From the human T2T-CHM13v2.0 reference genome, Homo sapiens, in NCBI GenBank assembly GCA_009914755.4, contig CP068257.2, forward strand, positions 35,872,001-35,936,000: DNA of 64,000 nucleotides, given 5' to 3'. The position numbers and the translations under genes are program-made. Position 1 is the stretch's first letter, and every line of letters starts with the position of its first letter. Below are positions 61,261-64,000 of this stretch, piece after piece. Below the pieces are notes generated by a model that saw nothing but the letters and a program-made list of their open reading frames with translations, was not told the origin of the DNA and did not search any database.

Positions 61261-64000
61261 CCTTCTGCTCACTGCCCTGTGTGTTGGGGGGGTGGGGGCA
61301 TCTAAAGCAGACCCCATGCTCTGTGTGTTCTGGGGGTGCACTAATGCTCCCCCAAAACCATTAGTTAAAGCAGGAATCGGATAGCCATATTCCCAGCTGC
61401 ATATCATTTTGGAACTGGTGGAGGAAAAATGGAACTAACGACGTGGTTTTTAAGGCAGGAGGTTAAGACGTTGAAAGTCCTTGGCTTGGACAAAGTCTAA
61501 AACTTATCTCTTTGCTCAGGCTTGAGGCAGGATGGCTCCTCATCGCCCCCCTCCCACAGCACGCACACCCTCCGGAGATGGGATGGGCCACCCTTGTCCG
61601 TCCCCGCAGGCCAGTCCCCTGCTGTCTGCTGCTTGGATCTGACCCCTGCATAAATACGCAAGCATGTGTCCCTGCTGTGGTCCGGGGGTCCCTGTGGGGG
61701 GGTCCCTGAGACTCTTCCGGGAGTCATGCAAGGTCAAAACGATTTTTCATAGTAATCCTAACGCGGTATTAGCTGTTTTCACTCTCTTGCATGTAACGTG
61801 GAGATTTCCAGTGGCCCCATGACATGCGAGGGGGAAACAGATTGAAGGCAGACGCAGACCTGGGATCCAGCTGGCTCCTGTTCAGCCAGACACGAGTTTG
61901 CAAACATTTAAAACAATGCCATTCTTGCACATTTTTTTCTTTCAGAAAATATATTTACATTTCATAAAAATGTTATTCATATGAACCTGTAATGGCTTTT
62001 ATATTTTAAAAATGTCTCTGTTGTAACATGGTAAAGAGTGATTGCTGTGCCCCACATTCACAAAAGCTCGCTGGAGTCTTTCCAGGACTCTTAAGACCAA
62101 GAAGCCCGAGGACTGTTCGGGAGCAGCCGGCAGTGTTTCTGCAGTTTCCTGCTACACATCCCACGTGAAGCCTTGTGCAAATAAAAAGATTGCAGGAGGG
62201 CCCCCTGGGCGGTGTGCAGGCTCTGCTCTGGGCGAAGGCCTGAGGGGCTTGCGCTGCCGCTTTGGCTCTCGGTGCCGCGCCTTCCCAGTGCTGGGCCTTG
62301 CAGGCCGCCTGCCTGGGACCACCCCCTACCCTCACAAGGCCTGGTGCCTTCAGGCTGCCAGCCCCAGCAGCACCCTGAGGCCCACCAAGTGGGCATTTGC
62401 ACTGAGAGGCTGAACATACAAATGGACAATGGTGAGACAGGCTGCATAAAAATAAACTCTGACCACAACCTCTGCAGTGACCTGCTGGGTAGCCAGTCCG
62501 CGAGCTCTGCAGCTGTTGGCCCCAAATGGCCAGGACTTGGTCATCGATGGCCAGCTTCTGAAGTTTTGCCAGTGCTTCCAACTCAGGAGCACCTAGTAAA
62601 AGGCAATGACTCACTGTAACCCTTCCCAGAGGATGCCCTGCTGCGGCCAGCTTCCCTGCAGGACAGCCAACTGTGGCCTCCCCTTGGTCACTCCGCCTGT
62701 CCACACCTGACTTGGCTTTGAGTCTCTGCCACAGGCAACTGTAATGGGTAGCACTGTGTCCCCCAGAAATTCATATGTTGAAGTCCTAACTAACCCCCTG
62801 TGACACAGAATGTGACCTTACTTGGAAATAGCGTGGTTGCAGATGTAGTTAGTTAAGATGAGGTCCCATATAACTAGTGTCCTTATAAAAATGGGAAATT
62901 TGGACCCAGGGACACACACAGGGAAAACACCATAAGAGGATGAAGGCAGAGCAGGGCTGATGCTTCTATAAGTCAAGGGGGACAAAGACTGCCAGCATGC
63001 AGCAGAGCCGGGGACAGGCCGGGGGGAGATGCTTCCCAGTGCCATCAGTGGCAGCTGGCAGACCTTAATCTTGAACTTCCAGCCTCCGGCACGTTTGTGC
63101 AGGCCACCAAGTCTGCAGTACTTTGTCACGACAGCTCTGGTCAGCGGCAGTGGCTGACATCCTGGCTGCAGCAGGCTTGTCCTCATCTGGGTGGGCTTCA
63201 TCTATCTCTGCAGCCCCCACACCCCTGCTGCGGGAAGTACAGGCCTTGAGGTGCAGTTCGCAGGACCCCAGGCTTTGAGTCAGTTTTGGAGAGGGCAAGG
63301 CTGATGGAAGCCTTTTTGTGGGCTGCAGGTGTTCAGTCTTAGAGACATGGCCTGAAGGATCTCCTGACATGGTCCAGGGAGGCCTCCGTGCCGTCTGCCT
63401 TCATCTCTGTGTCACCCAGACCCCCCTCGAGGCGGCCTGGGCCTGGGCTGCAAACCACTGAGCAGGTCTCAGCCTCAACCCCAGAAGCTCACAAGTGGGA
63501 GGGAGCCCTGGAAGCCCGTGGTGGTGTTTTGATTCCCGTGGTGTAAAGAGCCTGGGGTTGGCTCAGAGGTCTTTATTTGGCCTTGCGTGTGCATGGGGAA
63601 CCAGCGCCTCACTCCTCCCATGGCAGGCCGAGGCCGACTGGAAAGGAGTTATTTTGAGATCAGCACAGCCTGTACAGATAACAGTAATAGTATTTCACTG
63701 CTAAAGTTGTGTGAGAAATGTTGGGTTGGGGGAGAAGAATGGAGATGAGTTTAAAAATAGAAGGCTGTAATTAGCCAAGCACGGATTTGTTCTAGAAGGC
63801 ATCAATTACTACGGCAACCACACGGCCCAGATTTTCCAGGGCGGTCTCATTCCATGGGACCGGATTCTTTTCAGTAAATGTGATCGGTTCCACGTGGAAA
63901 AGTGATTTGCTGTCATGGAGGTGTCCGATGTTACACATAAATTAATTCACAAATCCAAGCCAATGCTTTGTCCTATCAGGACTCTCTTTATTTTGTTATT

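Overview
This window is human genomic DNA, not a prokaryotic accessory region. It covers the 3' half of DYRK1A on chromosome 21q22.13, transcribed on the + strand, plus about 41 kb of downstream intergenic sequence. Six DYRK1A coding exons are recoverable with canonical AG/GT splice sites: 560-846, 3402-3548, 6502-6642, 15666-15972, 16482-16606 and 22294-22914. Spliced in order they give a continuous protein that I recognise from memory as DYRK1A. It contains the kinase catalytic loop HCDLKPEN, the DFG motif, the activation-loop YQY motif, the C-terminal 13-His tract and an S/T-rich tail ending in VASS, with a TGA stop at 22912-22914. The last exon continues into a 3'UTR of roughly 2.2-2.7 kb, with candidate polyadenylation signals at 25120 and 25630. 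The rest of the window is typical primate intron and intergenic sequence. There are about 30 Alu elements, and many have clear target-site duplications. A roughly 6-7 kb ancient L1 lies antisense in the large intron. Several L1 3' ends sit downstream of the gene. A solitary THE1-type MaLR LTR, a MADE1 mariner MITE and two Tigger-type MITEs are present, and there are several microsatellites. I find no prokaryotic features: no CRISPR array, no operon and no tRNA or rRNA genes. Most ORFs in the supplied track are Alu or L1 translations, or chance ORFs in GC-rich DNA. The points worth following up are: (a) two alternative C-termini readable directly from the sequence, one by donor read-through and one by skipping the 125-nt exon; (b) a MADE1 hairpin whose arm contains an exact match to the miR-548c-5p mature sequence as I recall it; (c) the repeat-encoded poly-His tract; and (d) several probably polymorphic young repeats. 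All repeat coordinates are hand-estimated and should be taken as +/- 10-20 bp.
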